Assembly (NCBI GenBank): GCA_043800535.1
Contig: JAZDMV010000008.1
Span: 9,251 to 73,250 of the forward strand
Direction of reading: 5' to 3'
DNA from: a bacterium
GTDB lineage: Bacteria > Patescibacteriota > Minisyncoccia > Portnoybacterales > GWB1-42-6
DNA: 64,000 nucleotides
Shown here: positions 1-9,793 of the stretch, piece after piece
Layout: the number at the start of each line of letters is the position of its first letter
Numbering within the stretch: the first letter of the stretch is position 1
Notes under the pieces: generated by a model
What the model saw: the letters and a program-made list of their open reading frames with translations, nothing else
What the model was told of the DNA's origin: nothing
The model's database searches: none
Program-made: the position numbers and the translations under genes

Positions 1-270
1 TTGCAAATTAGCATTATTGACTTATCCACAATTGGCATGGACAGGATTTGCGGGCGTGAGATAATAGAAGTGATGGATAAAGATGTCTTATCCTGCAAAG
101 TGCTTATATTTTGACTACCCGTAACTCCTTCCCTGAGGGGGCGGGTATTTATTTTAGTAAAAATTTTAAAAAGGTCGGTCCGCCTTCGCCCTAACGGGCT
201 TCGGCGCGACACTGAATTTTCTGACAAAATCATAGATTTTGAGAAAATTCGTGAAAGGAGGTGAGAAGTA

Positions 271-942
271 ATGGAAAATTTAGTAGAAGCAACAAGGTTG
301 GCGTTTACCAACCTTTGGGAAGGATTTTTTGCCACGTTGCTTAACATCTTGGGCGCGTTAATAGTTTTCTTTATCGGCTGGGCGATTGCCGTAGGATTGC
401 AGAAGTTGGTGGTTCAGATATTAAGAGCGATAAAGATTGACCAGCTCCTGGAGAAAGTCGGAGCCGGTGAGGCGTTGCAAAAAGCGGGGTTAAAGTTGGA
501 TGTGGCAAACTGGATCGGATTTTTGGTGAAATGGTTCCTGATTTTTGGCTTTTTGCTGGCGGCAGTTGATATTTTGGGCCTGACGGGCGTCAGTAACTTT
601 TTAGGAGCGGTGCTTGCGTTTATCCCAAACATTATCGTTGCGGCTGTTATTTTGGTGGTTGGCGTCTGGGGTGCGGGCGTGTTGCAAAAATTGGTTTTGG
701 CCAGCATAGCGGCCAGCCACATAAAATCAGCAGCGTTTGTGGGGACGTTGGTAAAGTGGTCAGTGTTGGTTTTCACTTTTATTGGTGCGATAGACCAATT
801 GAAAATTTTCCCGCTGTTGAATACGCTGATTACCGGGTTGATCGCGATGTTAGCGATTGCCGGCGGTTTGGCATTTGGTTTGGGCGGCAAGGAGCAGGCC
901 TCGCGGATGCTTGGCAAAATGAGAGACGAGATGTTTGAGTAG
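271..942 (+). CDS. TM-helix-repeat membrane protein (CmpX/MscS N-terminal-like)
   Basis: 223-aa hydrophobic ORF with two repeats of the FIPNIIVAAVILVVG-type helix and a C-terminal GLAFGLGG; SD AAAGGAGGTG upstream. Confidence 0.8.
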   Translation: MENLVEATRLAFTNLWEGFFATLLNILGALIVFFIGWAIAVGLQKLVVQILRAIKIDQLLEKVGAGEALQKAGLKLDVANWIGFLVKWFLIFGFLLAAVDILGLTGVSNFLGAVLAFIPNIIVAAVILVVGVWGAGVLQKLVLASIAASHIKSAAFVGTLVKWSVLVFTFIGAIDQLKIFPLLNTLITGLIAMLAIAGGLAFGLGGKEQASRMLGKMRDEMFE

Positions 943-966
943 AAAAATTTAATAGAGCTTTATTAA

Positions 967-998
967 AACATAAAAGCCCGTCTTCGGGCTTTTATGTT
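967..998 (+). terminator. Intrinsic terminator, probably bidirectional
   Basis: AACATAAAAGCCCG-TCTT-CGGGCTTTTATGTT inverted repeat between convergent genes. Confidence 0.8.
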
Positions 999-1031
999 AG
1001 GAAAATTTTTGTTGCGGTGCGAGCTATGACT

Positions 1032-2051
1032 TCATTGCAATATTATGCCAACAATCTCTGGATGGCCGTTCAGAAATTCGCTGGCTGGCATGGGTTTACC
1101 GCCTTCAAGCTGCAATTCCTGAATAATCAATGAGTCATGGCCGGTCTGGACGGCTAAATTTTTATTGTCGGTCAGGAAAACCTGGCCAAGTTCCTTGTCG
1201 GTCTGTGCTTTTGAAGCTGCGGCTTTTAGGATTTTGAGGGTTAATATTTTTTCCTCGTTTTGGGTTTTGGCGCTATTTCTAAAAACTGTAAAACTGCCGG
1301 GCCAGGGAGTGAAAGCGCGGATTTGGCAGTCAATTTCTTTGGCGGTTTTATTCCAGATGATTTTACCGTCCTGTTTTGTCAAAATTTTTGTGTAAGTGGC
1401 TTTTGAGCCGTCTTGCTCCTGTGGATAGATCAGACGCTGGGCGCTTTTGGGCATTTCTTTAAGAACAAGCCACTGATTCATCGTTTTTATCAGAAGTTTA
1501 GCGGACAGTCGTGATAATTTTTCTTCAAGCGTCTCGGCCGTGTCATCAGATTCTATTTTTACAGTTTCCTGAGCCAAAACCGCGCCTTCATCCATCCGTT
1601 CGTTCATCAGCATTATTGTAACACCCGTCTTTGCCTCTCCGCCTAAAATCGCAAACTGGATCGGGGAGGCGCCGCGATATTTTGGAAGAAGCGATGGGTG
1701 CACATTAATGGAACCGTATTTCGGCAAATCAAGGATTTCTTTTGGCAAAATTTTTCCGTAGGCAGCAACAATGATAAGGTCTGGTTTGAGATTTAATGTT
1801 TGAATAGTCAGTTCTTCTTTGGTTTGCGGCTGAAAAACCGGGACGCCATATTTTTGGGCAATTATTTTGACTGGCGGGGGAGTGATTTCCTGGCCGCGGC
1901 CAGCAGGCCTGTCGGGTGCGGTTATGATACTCTTGGGTTTGAAATCGCTCTGGCAAAGCGCTTCCAAAATAGGCACTGAAAAATCAGGAGTGCCCATGAA
2001 AACAATGGAAAGTTCTTTGTAAATTTCTAACAGCTGGGATGCAAGTTTCAT
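1032..2051 (-). CDS. fmt: Methionyl-tRNA formyltransferase
   Basis: IVFMGTPDF, PDRPAGRG, NVHPSLLPKYRGASP, IRAFTPWPG motifs; start placed at MKLASQ (2051) because the longer ORF overlaps a divergent promoter. Confidence 0.95.
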   Translation of the reverse strand: MKLASQLLEIYKELSIVFMGTPDFSVPILEALCQSDFKPKSIITAPDRPAGRGQEITPPPVKIIAQKYGVPVFQPQTKEELTIQTLNLKPDLIIVAAYGKILPKEILDLPKYGSINVHPSLLPKYRGASPIQFAILGGEAKTGVTIMLMNERMDEGAVLAQETVKIESDDTAETLEEKLSRLSAKLLIKTMNQWLVLKEMPKSAQRLIYPQEQDGSKATYTKILTKQDGKIIWNKTAKEIDCQIRAFTPWPGSFTVFRNSAKTQNEEKILTLKILKAAASKAQTDKELGQVFLTDNKNLAVQTGHDSLIIQELQLEGGKPMPASEFLNGHPEIVGIILQ

Positions 2052-2100
2052 TTGGGGTTTGGCGCCTTTTTTGCTCAAAACCCCCGGGTTGATCTCTATC

Positions 2101-2129
2101 TTGACAAATTCTTTTGTTGGTTGTATAAT
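2101..2129 (+). promoter_or_regulatory. Consensus sigma70 promoter
   Basis: TTGACA-N17-TATAAT exact match upstream of the 2184 ORF. Confidence 0.85.
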
Positions 2130-2183
2130 TGGAGGCATAAATGTACTTAAAATTACAAATCTCTGATAGGAAAGGAGCGAGCG

Positions 2184-2672
2184 ATGGCTTGGCCGCAGTG
2201 GCACGTAATACCGACGGCGATGGTAAGCGGAGCATCTTTAATTTTGAATCCTCCGCACGGAGCTTACAGTAGGGACTCATTCGTCTTTTACACGATTTGG
2301 GCTCTCGGCTTTTTCTTGGACTTGGACCATTTATCGGTCCGGCGAATTAAGAGGATAGGCGGTCGTGTCTGGGTCTTATTCCTTCGGAAAATTGGCTCAC
2401 CTAATAAACTTATTACGCATTATGGCAAACCGCAGTACGGTCCGATTGCGGGGTGGGTCAATTATATGCACACAGGTTGGGCATTGGCCGCGGTTCTGAT
2501 TTTTTCTTTCTTCTTGGGGAATTGGTTGTCGTTTGTGTCCTACGTCATTCACATTTTGATCGATGGCGGTGATCGTGAAAATTCATTATATCCTGGGGTG
2601 GCACCGTTGCCGAATTTTATCCACAAATACTATCCGGCGCGGCTAACCTATGTAAGTACAAGAAAAATCTGA
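2184..2672 (+). CDS. Membrane protein, possible metal-dependent hydrolase (YdjM-like)
   Basis: His/Asp motifs WH, DLDH, YMHT, HILID; SD AAGGAG. Confidence 0.6.
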   Translation: MAWPQWHVIPTAMVSGASLILNPPHGAYSRDSFVFYTIWALGFFLDLDHLSVRRIKRIGGRVWVLFLRKIGSPNKLITHYGKPQYGPIAGWVNYMHTGWALAAVLIFSFFLGNWLSFVSYVIHILIDGGDRENSLYPGVAPLPNFIHKYYPARLTYVSTRKI

Positions 2673-2687
2673 CAGAAGGGGTGCAAA

Positions 2688-2834
2688 ATGAAAGTTACAG
2701 TGATGGTTATTTCGTTAGTATACGCGGGGCTAGCCGCAAGGAGCCTGGTAAAGCGCGATAAAGATTCTTTTAGAATTACGTTAATTTGCTGGGCGGCGAT
2801 GATGCCGGTTGTCTATTTTGTCTGTTGGCCTTAA
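2688..2834 (+). CDS. Small 48-aa membrane protein (not in ORF track)
   Basis: MKVTVMVISLVYAGLAARSLVKRDKDSFRITLICWAAMMPVVYFVCWP; SD GAAGGGGTG upstream. Confidence 0.55.
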   Translation: MKVTVMVISLVYAGLAARSLVKRDKDSFRITLICWAAMMPVVYFVCWP

Positions 2835-2856
2835 AAAATCTTAAAGGAGGTGGAGA

Positions 2857-3162
2857 ATGAGAGGAATTGTTGCAGCGATGTTGGCGGTATTGGCGGTTGG
2901 GCTTTTCTTAGGGAGCATTACTATGAACTGGCCACAGTCGCCGGACGAATGGAACAGTACCATGTACGAAGTCGGCTGGGGTCGATACGCGATTGCGTTG
3001 ATTATGGCCGTGCTTGCTTTGGCAATCTGGCAGAGCTGTTGGGTGAAAAATGCCTTCAGACATTTAAAGGAGCACAGTGGCGGCGGAGAGTATAAGCGCT
3101 TGATTAGCTGCGGTTTTGGATGGAAGCAGGCGCGAAAGGGGAAACGGCGATGGCAATCATGA
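2857..3162 (+). CDS. Hypothetical membrane protein
   Basis: SD AAAGGAGGTG; two hydrophobic segments. Confidence 0.6.
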   Translation: MRGIVAAMLAVLAVGLFLGSITMNWPQSPDEWNSTMYEVGWGRYAIALIMAVLALAIWQSCWVKNAFRHLKEHSGGGEYKRLISCGFGWKQARKGKRRWQS

Positions 3163-3284
3163 TAAGTTTTGCGGTCTATTTTTTTCTGGCGTTTGCTTTG
3201 CGCCAGAACAATGTCCTGTTTGTGGCATCCATAATTTCCGGATCCATCACAACGGCAGGGCTCGGTGTCCTTTTCGGCGGTTAG
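3150..3284 (+). CDS. Small 44-aa membrane protein (not in ORF track)
   Basis: MAIMISFAVYFFLAFALRQNNVLFVASIISGSITTAGLGVLFGG; AAAGGGG upstream; hairpin follows. Confidence 0.4.
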   Translation: MAIMISFAVYFFLAFALRQNNVLFVASIISGSITTAGLGVLFGG

Positions 3285-3345
3285 CTTCAGGCCTGGTGAA
3301 TCTTTTAAACAAGATGAACCGGGCCTTTTATTTTAGAAAAGTATT

Positions 3346-5361
3346 TTACAAAAGTGTTTGTGGGTCTATATCTATTTCCCAGCCGTGCGGCACAAACATT
3401 AAAAGCTTATTGCGGACACGCAGAAGGTTTTCATGTTCGTCTTGCTTTGCAAGCCAGTAGGGCTTTGCCTTGATGATTATCTGCCAGATGTATCTACTTT
3501 TTTGTCTGGCAATAAACGCGGGAACTGCGTCGCTTATCTCAAACACGGCTTCATTTAGAATCTTACCCCCACACTTTAAATCATGCAACTGCGTAGTCGG
3601 CGGTAAAATTGTTTTTTCATCATTAGATTCAATTGTGGCGGTTTGGTCTAAAAAGTGAGGGGGTTTACTTGTTTTTAGCTGTTGGGTCAATTTGGCAGAC
3701 AGAATTTTTGCCTCGTTAGCGGCTTTTGCCGGGTCGCGGTGGCGGAAAACAAGTTTTATTAACTGTGAGAAGGGCGGATATTTAAGGGCTTGTCTGGTTT
3801 CTATTTCTTGTTTATAAAAAGCGTCCCAGCGGCCGACAGCGGCATATTTTAACGCTGCGGCAGACGGATTATAAGTTTGAATGATAAAGGAACAGCCGGC
3901 TGTTTTTTGACTGACTTGTAATTTATGGTCTGGATTCCCGCTTTCGCGGGAATGACAGAAAAGCAGATTTTTTAATTGCGCTATCGTCTGAAACATTTTT
4001 TCGTCAGACCGAAAATCTGGCAAATGCATTAGGGTGTCAGCGGAAATTATTGCGACAAGCGGCACTTTGGGAATATCCGCATTTAATATCATTTGCGTGC
4101 CGATTAAAATGTCGGCCTTTTTTTGGCGGAATTCTTCAATAATTTTATTCTGCTGGATCGCGTCCGGCGCGGTATCGCTGTCCAGCCGCAAAATTTTGGC
4201 GTCCTTGAATAATTTTTGCGCTTCCTGTTCCACTCGTTGCGTCCCGGTCCCGAATGCCTTAATCCTGGAGCTCTGGCATTTTGGGCAAAGTGATGGTGGC
4301 TGTGATTTTTTTCCGCAGTGGTGGCAGATAAGGATCGGTTTTTGTAATTCACCGGATTTTATCAGGTGATACGTGAGTGGCGCCTCGCAACTGGCACATT
4401 TTTCAACATAGCCGCAGTCGCGGCACAAAACAAAAGTGGCCAATCCTCGGCGGTTGATGAATAGAATTACCTGTTGTTTATTTTTGAGCGTTTGCAGAAT
4501 TTCGTCTTGAAGCTGCCGGCTGAATATGGAAAAATTGCCGTCACGCAGTTCCTGGCGCAGGTCAATAATGGACGGAGCCAGACCAGGTACAGCATACCTT
4601 AGATCGGGGTTCTTCTCCGTCTGAGGGTCAGAAGAAAGATAATGTGATTCAATTGAAGGCACGATACTTTTTAGGATCAGCTTTGCATTAAAAATCTCTG
4701 CCAATTTTTTTGTTATTTCATGCACACGATAGTGGGGGAACATGTCCCATGAGTAATGTACAGGATTGGTTTCGTCTTCAATCGTAATTTTTTTAAGGTT
4801 GCAGAAGGGCGCAAAAACAGCAAGGCGCGTGCCGATAATTATTTGTGCTTGGCCCGAGGCAATCTTTTGCCAGGCCTGGGAAAGGTCTTTTGCTTTGAGG
4901 CCGCTATGGATTAGGACGCGGCGGGCTGGGGAAACCTTTTTTGCAAGTATGTCTATTTGCGACACAGTCGGCACGAGAATTAGTATCTGATTTTTATTTT
5001 CACGGTTTGCTGTTAACTGTTTACTGTTAACTTTTTTTGGCATCATCATTTTCAAAAACGCCCCAGGGGAAACAAAATAATACTCGCCCAGCCACAGGGC
5101 GAGTTCGATCTGCTGTTTTGTGAAAATGGGTGTTTCTGACAGGACTTTTTTTATGGGTCGCAATTCATATTCAGCGTCTTTTATTTCCATTTTGCGGCCC
5201 GCGATTTCGTGATTTGCAACAACTGCTGCTTTTTCCTGGCGGCGGCCAAGCGGCACTAAAACTAGACAGCCCACAGCTAAAACCTGGGCTGAAAAATAGC
5301 TAAGAGTTTGAGATCTCTGGAGGGGGGTTTTCGTTAATGGTACTACCTCGGCGAGATACAT
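3346..5361 (-). CDS. priA: Primosomal protein N' (PriA), carrying in-frame repeat insertions
   Basis: LFINRRG, CRDC/CASC/CHHC/CPKC zinc motifs, GTQRVE, ILIGTQM, YPPFSQL, IDIDP C-terminus. Confidence 0.93.
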   Translation of the reverse strand: MYLAEVVPLTKTPLQRSQTLSYFSAQVLAVGCLVLVPLGRRQEKAAVVANHEIAGRKMEIKDAEYELRPIKKVLSETPIFTKQQIELALWLGEYYFVSPGAFLKMMMPKKVNSKQLTANRENKNQILILVPTVSQIDILAKKVSPARRVLIHSGLKAKDLSQAWQKIASGQAQIIIGTRLAVFAPFCNLKKITIEDETNPVHYSWDMFPHYRVHEITKKLAEIFNAKLILKSIVPSIESHYLSSDPQTEKNPDLRYAVPGLAPSIIDLRQELRDGNFSIFSRQLQDEILQTLKNKQQVILFINRRGLATFVLCRDCGYVEKCASCEAPLTYHLIKSGELQKPILICHHCGKKSQPPSLCPKCQSSRIKAFGTGTQRVEQEAQKLFKDAKILRLDSDTAPDAIQQNKIIEEFRQKKADILIGTQMILNADIPKVPLVAIISADTLMHLPDFRSDEKMFQTIAQLKNLLFCHSRESGNPDHKLQVSQKTAGCSFIIQTYNPSAAALKYAAVGRWDAFYKQEIETRQALKYPPFSQLIKLVFRHRDPAKAANEAKILSAKLTQQLKTSKPPHFLDQTATIESNDEKTILPPTTQLHDLKCGGKILNEAVFEISDAVPAFIARQKSRYIWQIIIKAKPYWLAKQDEHENLLRVRNKLLMFVPHGWEIDIDPQTLL
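3566..3663. mobile_element. 98-bp MITE-like cassette inserted in frame in priA
   Basis: CCCCCACACTTT...AAAGTGAGGGGG terminal inverted repeats flanked by CTTA/TTTA; 98+4=102 bp keeps the frame. Confidence 0.65.
3929..3959. repeat. dRS3-like palindrome (ATTCCC-N8-GGGAAT) inside priA
   Basis: 31 bp identical to intergenic 59863-59893; encodes CHSRESGNPD. Confidence 0.85.
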
Positions 5362-6172
5362 AAAAATATATAACGAGAATAGTTATGAGAGTAAGTGAAC
5401 CGAGCACATCGTGCATAAGGTCATTTGCCGTATCAAATCCGTCGCCGAGGCGGTGAGAGCCAGTTACCAGGTCTTCAAAATACTCCGCTAATTCGTACAG
5501 CACACCAAAAAAGGCAGTTGTCATCCAGGTAATAAATCCGACACCGATTAATCCGACTTTGATTCTGTGGCTGTCCTCCAGCTTTTTGAAAACCCAGAAA
5601 ATTATTGCGGCGCAAGCGACTCCGCCGGCAAAAAAATGCATTATTTGGTCAAACCAATAAAGCTTGTCAAAAAGTTTATGCATGTCGCCAAGCGCATCGG
5701 CAAAAACAGCGGCGCTGGCCATAAGCATCAATAGTCCGAAAATTACCTGGCCGAAGATTTTCTTAGTATAATATAAAATCATTTCAAGTATAAAGCAAGA
5801 GAAAACGGTAGTTGCGATAAGTCCAGTCCAGGTATAATTAATCTGATGATGGACAAGGCCGACTAAATTTAGAAGTTCATAAAAAAGCAGTCCCCAGAGA
5901 AGGATGCGGCTTAAATAGATGAAGAATTTATCTGTTTGGCTCCAGGAAATAGAAATGGCTGTTGATTTTTCCTCTTGAATCAATTCGTCAATCGGCAGAG
6001 AAATTGGCTGGGCGATTATATTTTCTTGAACAATTTCGTTTTCCGGGGCGGAGGAAACAAACAACGCGGCGGACGTTTTTTCTTTTTCTTCCGGAGGAAT
6101 TAACGGCGGGCATGCCGTTCCGTCAAAGTCCGGAGATTTGTTTGAATTTAACATAAATTTTGATATACTCAA
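5300..6172 (-). CDS. Membrane protein (DUF2238/YjdF-like)
   Basis: WFDQIMHF, LYELAEY, DTANDL motifs; several TM helices; 3' end overlaps priA start. Confidence 0.6.
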   Translation of the reverse strand: MSISKFMLNSNKSPDFDGTACPPLIPPEEKEKTSAALFVSSAPENEIVQENIIAQPISLPIDELIQEEKSTAISISWSQTDKFFIYLSRILLWGLLFYELLNLVGLVHHQINYTWTGLIATTVFSCFILEMILYYTKKIFGQVIFGLLMLMASAAVFADALGDMHKLFDKLYWFDQIMHFFAGGVACAAIIFWVFKKLEDSHRIKVGLIGVGFITWMTTAFFGVLYELAEYFEDLVTGSHRLGDGFDTANDLMHDVLGSLTLITILVIYFYVSRRGSTINENPPPEISNS

Positions 6173-6277
6173 ATTAAGCCCGTATTCTTGTTGCAGACAT
6201 CAAGTTTTATTATTCTACAACAGACAATTTGGCGTTGTAAAGCCCTTTTGTCTTAAGATTTATTTTTTTAATATTTT

Positions 6278-6859
6278 ATGAAGAAGCGAATTTTCATAGC
6301 GATCAACTTGTCCGAGGACCTAAGGAAAAAACTTCTTATATTTAGGGACAAATGGGAGTTTTTACCAGTGCGTTGGACAAAAAAGGACAGCCTGCATTTA
6401 ACGCTGGTTTTTATTGGTTACGTGGACGAAGAGGAAATTTATGAGGCTTGCCGGCTGGCCAGGGGAGTTGCGGCGCGGCACGAGGCGTTTGACATAGGTT
6501 TTGAAAGAATTTTATATGGCCCTCCTGCCCTTCGACAAGCTCAGGGTAAAGCACCGCGGATGATTTGGCTTGAGGGAAAAGCGAATGAAAAGTTATCAAA
6601 ATTAAAACTTGAACTCGATGATGTTTTAGCGTCTTCTGAAAGTTTACGTTCTTTCAGGCCGGAAAGACGTCCGTTTTCGCCGCATATCACTTTGGCCAGA
6701 ATGAATATGGACAAATGGCGTGACCTGTCAGAACAGCCGGCAATTGAGCAGGAATTAAAGGCAATTGTGCCGGTTGCGAGCATAGAAGTAATGGAAAGCG
6801 ATTTGAGATGTGATGGAGCGGAATACACGATATTGGAAAGCTGTCCGCTTGAAGGGTAA
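6278..6859 (+). CDS. thpR: RNA 2',3'-cyclic phosphodiesterase (2H family)
   Basis: RIFIAI, two HxT motifs (LHLTL, PHITLAR). Confidence 0.92.
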   Translation: MKKRIFIAINLSEDLRKKLLIFRDKWEFLPVRWTKKDSLHLTLVFIGYVDEEEIYEACRLARGVAARHEAFDIGFERILYGPPALRQAQGKAPRMIWLEGKANEKLSKLKLELDDVLASSESLRSFRPERRPFSPHITLARMNMDKWRDLSEQPAIEQELKAIVPVASIEVMESDLRCDGAEYTILESCPLEG

Positions 6860-7075
6860 TAAGTCCAAAATCCAAAGTTCAAATATCAAGTTCTCGACGC
6901 GTTCCGCACGGTGCGGGGCTTGCTCGAACGATAACTCTTCGACAGGCTCAGGATAAAATTTATTCTTCGAGCCCTTCGACCCATTCGACTGCTGCTCAGA
7001 GTGGTGAGCAAAGTTGAACCATGGGTTCAGGGTAAACTTGAGTCGAGAAGTTGAAATTTTGATTTTGACATTCAG
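6860..7075. repeat. Cluster of short repeats (heptamers, TTCGACAAGCTCAG family, TTCTCGACGCGT...GCTCGAA family)
   Basis: Related copies at 6527-6547 (in thpR), 35818-35835, 56695-56812, 63630-63670. Confidence 0.7.
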
Positions 7076-7081
7076 ATTTTT

Positions 7082-7780
7082 ATGGAATTACTCGGTGTCC
7101 GCATTGATAATGTTACAATGGATGAGGCCCTGCAAAAAATTGAGGGCTTTTTGTCAGATGGCAGACAGCATTATGTTGTGACAATCAATCCGGAATTTCT
7201 TGTGACAGCCCAGAAAGACAAGGAATTCAAAGATATTTTAAATAGAGCAGGATTGGCCATTCCGGATGGCATCGGCGTTGTCTGGGCGTCGAGGTTTTTT
7301 AGCGGCGGATTAAAAGAGAGGGTGGCGGGAATTGATTTAGTTAAAAGTTTAAAGTTAAAAGTGAAAAGTTGCAGAGTCTTTTTGTTGGGTGGGCGAGATG
7401 GCGTGGCAGAGAAGATCGCAGGCGAATGGCCAGAAGTTGTTGCTTTTTCGGAAAATCCAGAAGAAGGAGTTGCGCTTATTAATAAATACGAGCCAAATAT
7501 TTTATTAGTTGCACTTGGCGCGCCCAAGCAGGAAAAATGGATTGTGCAAAATTTGTCAAAAATTCCGAGCGTAAAGGTCGCCATTGGCGTTGGTGGCGCG
7601 TTTGATTTTTTAGCTGGCAAAATCAGCCGTGCGCCAAAAATTTTTCAGTGTCTGGGTTTGGAATGGCTTTGGCGCCTGGCGCAGGAGCCACGAAGGATCG
7701 GCAGGATTTTTAATGCAGTAGTGGTATTTCCGGTTTTGATTTTAATGTGCTATAATAAAAACAGAATACATAAAAATTAA
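7082..7780 (+). CDS. WecB/TagA/CpsF family glycosyltransferase
   Basis: TINPEF, PDGIG, ERVAGIDL, LGAPKQE, GVGGAFD, GLEWLWRL. Confidence 0.92.
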   Translation: MELLGVRIDNVTMDEALQKIEGFLSDGRQHYVVTINPEFLVTAQKDKEFKDILNRAGLAIPDGIGVVWASRFFSGGLKERVAGIDLVKSLKLKVKSCRVFLLGGRDGVAEKIAGEWPEVVAFSENPEEGVALINKYEPNILLVALGAPKQEKWIVQNLSKIPSVKVAIGVGGAFDFLAGKISRAPKIFQCLGLEWLWRLAQEPRRIGRIFNAVVVFPVLILMCYNKNRIHKN

Positions 7781-7789
7781 TCAAACACG

Positions 7790-7948
7790 ATGACGTGGAT
7801 TTATTTGGTTATTGCGGGAGTGCTTGTTGCGGTAGGCATCTGGGTTGCGTTGCGCAAGGAAAGAAAGTCAGATGGAGAGAATCCGCCTGATTCTGGCTTG
7901 CCGCCGCAAAACCCGCCCGCAAATCCGCCGGATAGCCCGGGTTTATAG
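7790..7948 (+). CDS. Small 52-aa membrane-anchored Pro-rich protein (not in ORF track)
   Basis: MTWIYLVIAGVLVAVGIWVALRKERK then an NPP-rich tail; TGCTATAAT extended -10 upstream. Confidence 0.6.
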   Translation: MTWIYLVIAGVLVAVGIWVALRKERKSDGENPPDSGLPPQNPPANPPDSPGL

Positions 7949-8027
7949 AATTTTGTAATAACTCTCTTGAGTGCAAGGTTCAGAAAAAGTGAACTAATTT
8001 TAGTTTTGCGGGCAAAAGAAATATTTT

Positions 8028-8723
8028 ATGGAAGCGCTCGTTCCAAATCGCGGGAAAAATTTAGTGGTTGCGGTAAAAAATGAAAAGTATGCAAGATTGC
8101 CGATAAAAACGCATGTCATTTCAAAAGATGATGATATTTTTAACGTGTGTCAGATATATGCACGGCCGCATTTGAAGGCGGGAGACATTCTGTTTATAAG
8201 CGAAAGAGTTGTAGCAATAACCGAGGGGCGCGCCTTTCCGATAAAAGATATAAAACCATCGAGCCTGGCAAAATTTTTGGTCAAATTCGTGCACAAGTCG
8301 CCATATGGCATAGGCCTGGGCAGTCCCTGGACAATGGAGCTGGCAATAAGAGAGGCAGGGAAATTCAGGATTATCTTGGCGGCCGCGATTGCGGCTTTCA
8401 CAAAACCCTTAGGAATAAAAGGTATTTTTTATAAGGTGGTTGGCAAAAATATAAACGCAATTGACGGACCGTGCGATTATACGCTCCCGCCTTATAACGA
8501 ATACGCAAAGCTCGGGCCGAAAAATCCGCAAAAATCAGCGGTCGAGATTAAGGAAAAGATCGGTTGTGAGGTTGTGATAATTGACGCAAACGATCTGGGC
8601 GTCGCGGTGCTTGGAAAATCAAATTCGCAGATTCAAGACGATTTTTGCCGGCAGGTTTTTTTGGATAATCCGTTGGGCCAGACAAACGAGCAGACGCCTC
8701 TTTGCATTGTCAGAAGAATATAA
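8028..8723 (+). CDS. CofE-like (coenzyme F420-0:L-glutamate ligase family) protein
   Basis: PIKTH, ISERVVAITEGR, AIDG, IDANDLG, DNPLGQ...QTP motifs. Confidence 0.75.
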   Translation: MEALVPNRGKNLVVAVKNEKYARLPIKTHVISKDDDIFNVCQIYARPHLKAGDILFISERVVAITEGRAFPIKDIKPSSLAKFLVKFVHKSPYGIGLGSPWTMELAIREAGKFRIILAAAIAAFTKPLGIKGIFYKVVGKNINAIDGPCDYTLPPYNEYAKLGPKNPQKSAVEIKEKIGCEVVIIDANDLGVAVLGKSNSQIQDDFCRQVFLDNPLGQTNEQTPLCIVRRI

Positions 8724-8727
8724 AAAG

Positions 8728-9363
8728 ATGCATAAGTTTAAGCTTTTATCGCCCGAACACAGAAACAGTGAGCGGGTGACAAATTTTGAGTTGCAGGAAA
8801 AGACGAAAAAACTGCGTTGGCGGAAGGCGGCGTTTCTGGCCGTTTTTTTTGTTTTGGCCGCAATTGTCCCTGTAAATTTAATTTTTCGGTCGGGGCAGGA
8901 CCTGGATATTGCTTATCAGTTGTTGCCTTTTGATGACGCTGTGAAAATTAAAGCGGCTCAGGTGCCTGAAATTGCAAAATTTCAAAAAAGAATTGAAATT
9001 GATTTGTTGGAGCAGCGGATGCGGCTATTTGAAGACGAAAAACAAATAGCAGAATATCCTATATCGAGCGGCAGGCGTGACAAGCAAACAAAGGCGGGCA
9101 GTTTTTCGATCATCAGCAAATATCCGATGGCTTTGGGCGGGATTCCTGGGCAGGCATGGAAGATGCCCTTTTTTATGGGAATTTATACGATAAAAGGCAC
9201 AGAAAATGGAATTCACGAGCTTCCTTTTATCAATGGCATTCGCGAATCAGCGCGCGATTTGGGGCATCCTGTCTCACACGGCTGCGTGAGGCTTGGTATA
9301 GGAGCGGCGGAGAAAGTATATAACTGGGCTGAACTGGGAACGCCCGTAATTATTTCGTATTGA
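8728..9363 (+). CDS. L,D-transpeptidase (YkuD family), membrane anchored
   Basis: GIHELP...SHGCVRL; start taken at MHKFK (8728). Confidence 0.88.
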   Translation: MHKFKLLSPEHRNSERVTNFELQEKTKKLRWRKAAFLAVFFVLAAIVPVNLIFRSGQDLDIAYQLLPFDDAVKIKAAQVPEIAKFQKRIEIDLLEQRMRLFEDEKQIAEYPISSGRRDKQTKAGSFSIISKYPMALGGIPGQAWKMPFFMGIYTIKGTENGIHELPFINGIRESARDLGHPVSHGCVRLGIGAAEKVYNWAELGTPVIISY

Positions 9364-9581
9364 GAGGCGTATTTAAAAGTCATAAGAGCTGTCAGCAAGT
9401 ATCCACATTGCCCCGGTTGCCTAAGGCGATTTTTTTTATTATAATAGAGACAGACCAGGTAGTGAAAATTCGACTGATTATTGTGATTTATCCCGCACCG
9501 CTGGCCTGCACCCACAGTATTCTGATATAAGGATAAAAAGACGAATCAAATTTCTACTACTTGGCAGGTACAATGGCTAAA

Positions 9582-9681
9582 CCCCCACACCTCGGCCTTG
9601 AGGCCGTGGTGTTCCCAGGGAGTTAATTTTTAAAATCCATCCACATTTAACCAAAAGGAGCGAAACTTCCTGGTGTGGGGG
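9582..9681. mobile_element. 100-bp MITE-like cassette
   Basis: TAAA-CCCCCACACC...GGTGTGGGGG-TGAA. Confidence 0.6.
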
Positions 9682-9693
9682 TGAATTTATGAA

Positions 9694-9793
9694 CCCCGTT
9701 AGAAATTTCGTTTAAAAAAACGATGTTTGTATCGGGGTCAAAACTAAAACACTTCATATTTTAATTGTGCAAATAACATGATTTCTAACGGGG
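9694..9793. mobile_element. 100-bp MITE-like cassette overlapping the next start codon
   Basis: TGAA-CCCCGTTAGAAAT...ATTTCTAACGGGG-TAAA, 13-bp perfect terminal inverted repeat. Confidence 0.65.

Noticed and set aside
22-30. oriC from the DnaA box TTATCCACA (another at about 41783)
   Set aside because: Isolated boxes, no cluster, no dnaA or dnaN nearby.
2052-2204. Long N-terminal extension of Fmt
   Set aside because: It overlaps a perfect divergent promoter and the next gene's start; a later Met fits Fmt better.
9364-9580. Gene or IS remnant after the L,D-transpeptidase
   Set aside because: No recognisable protein in the frames read and no paired ends.
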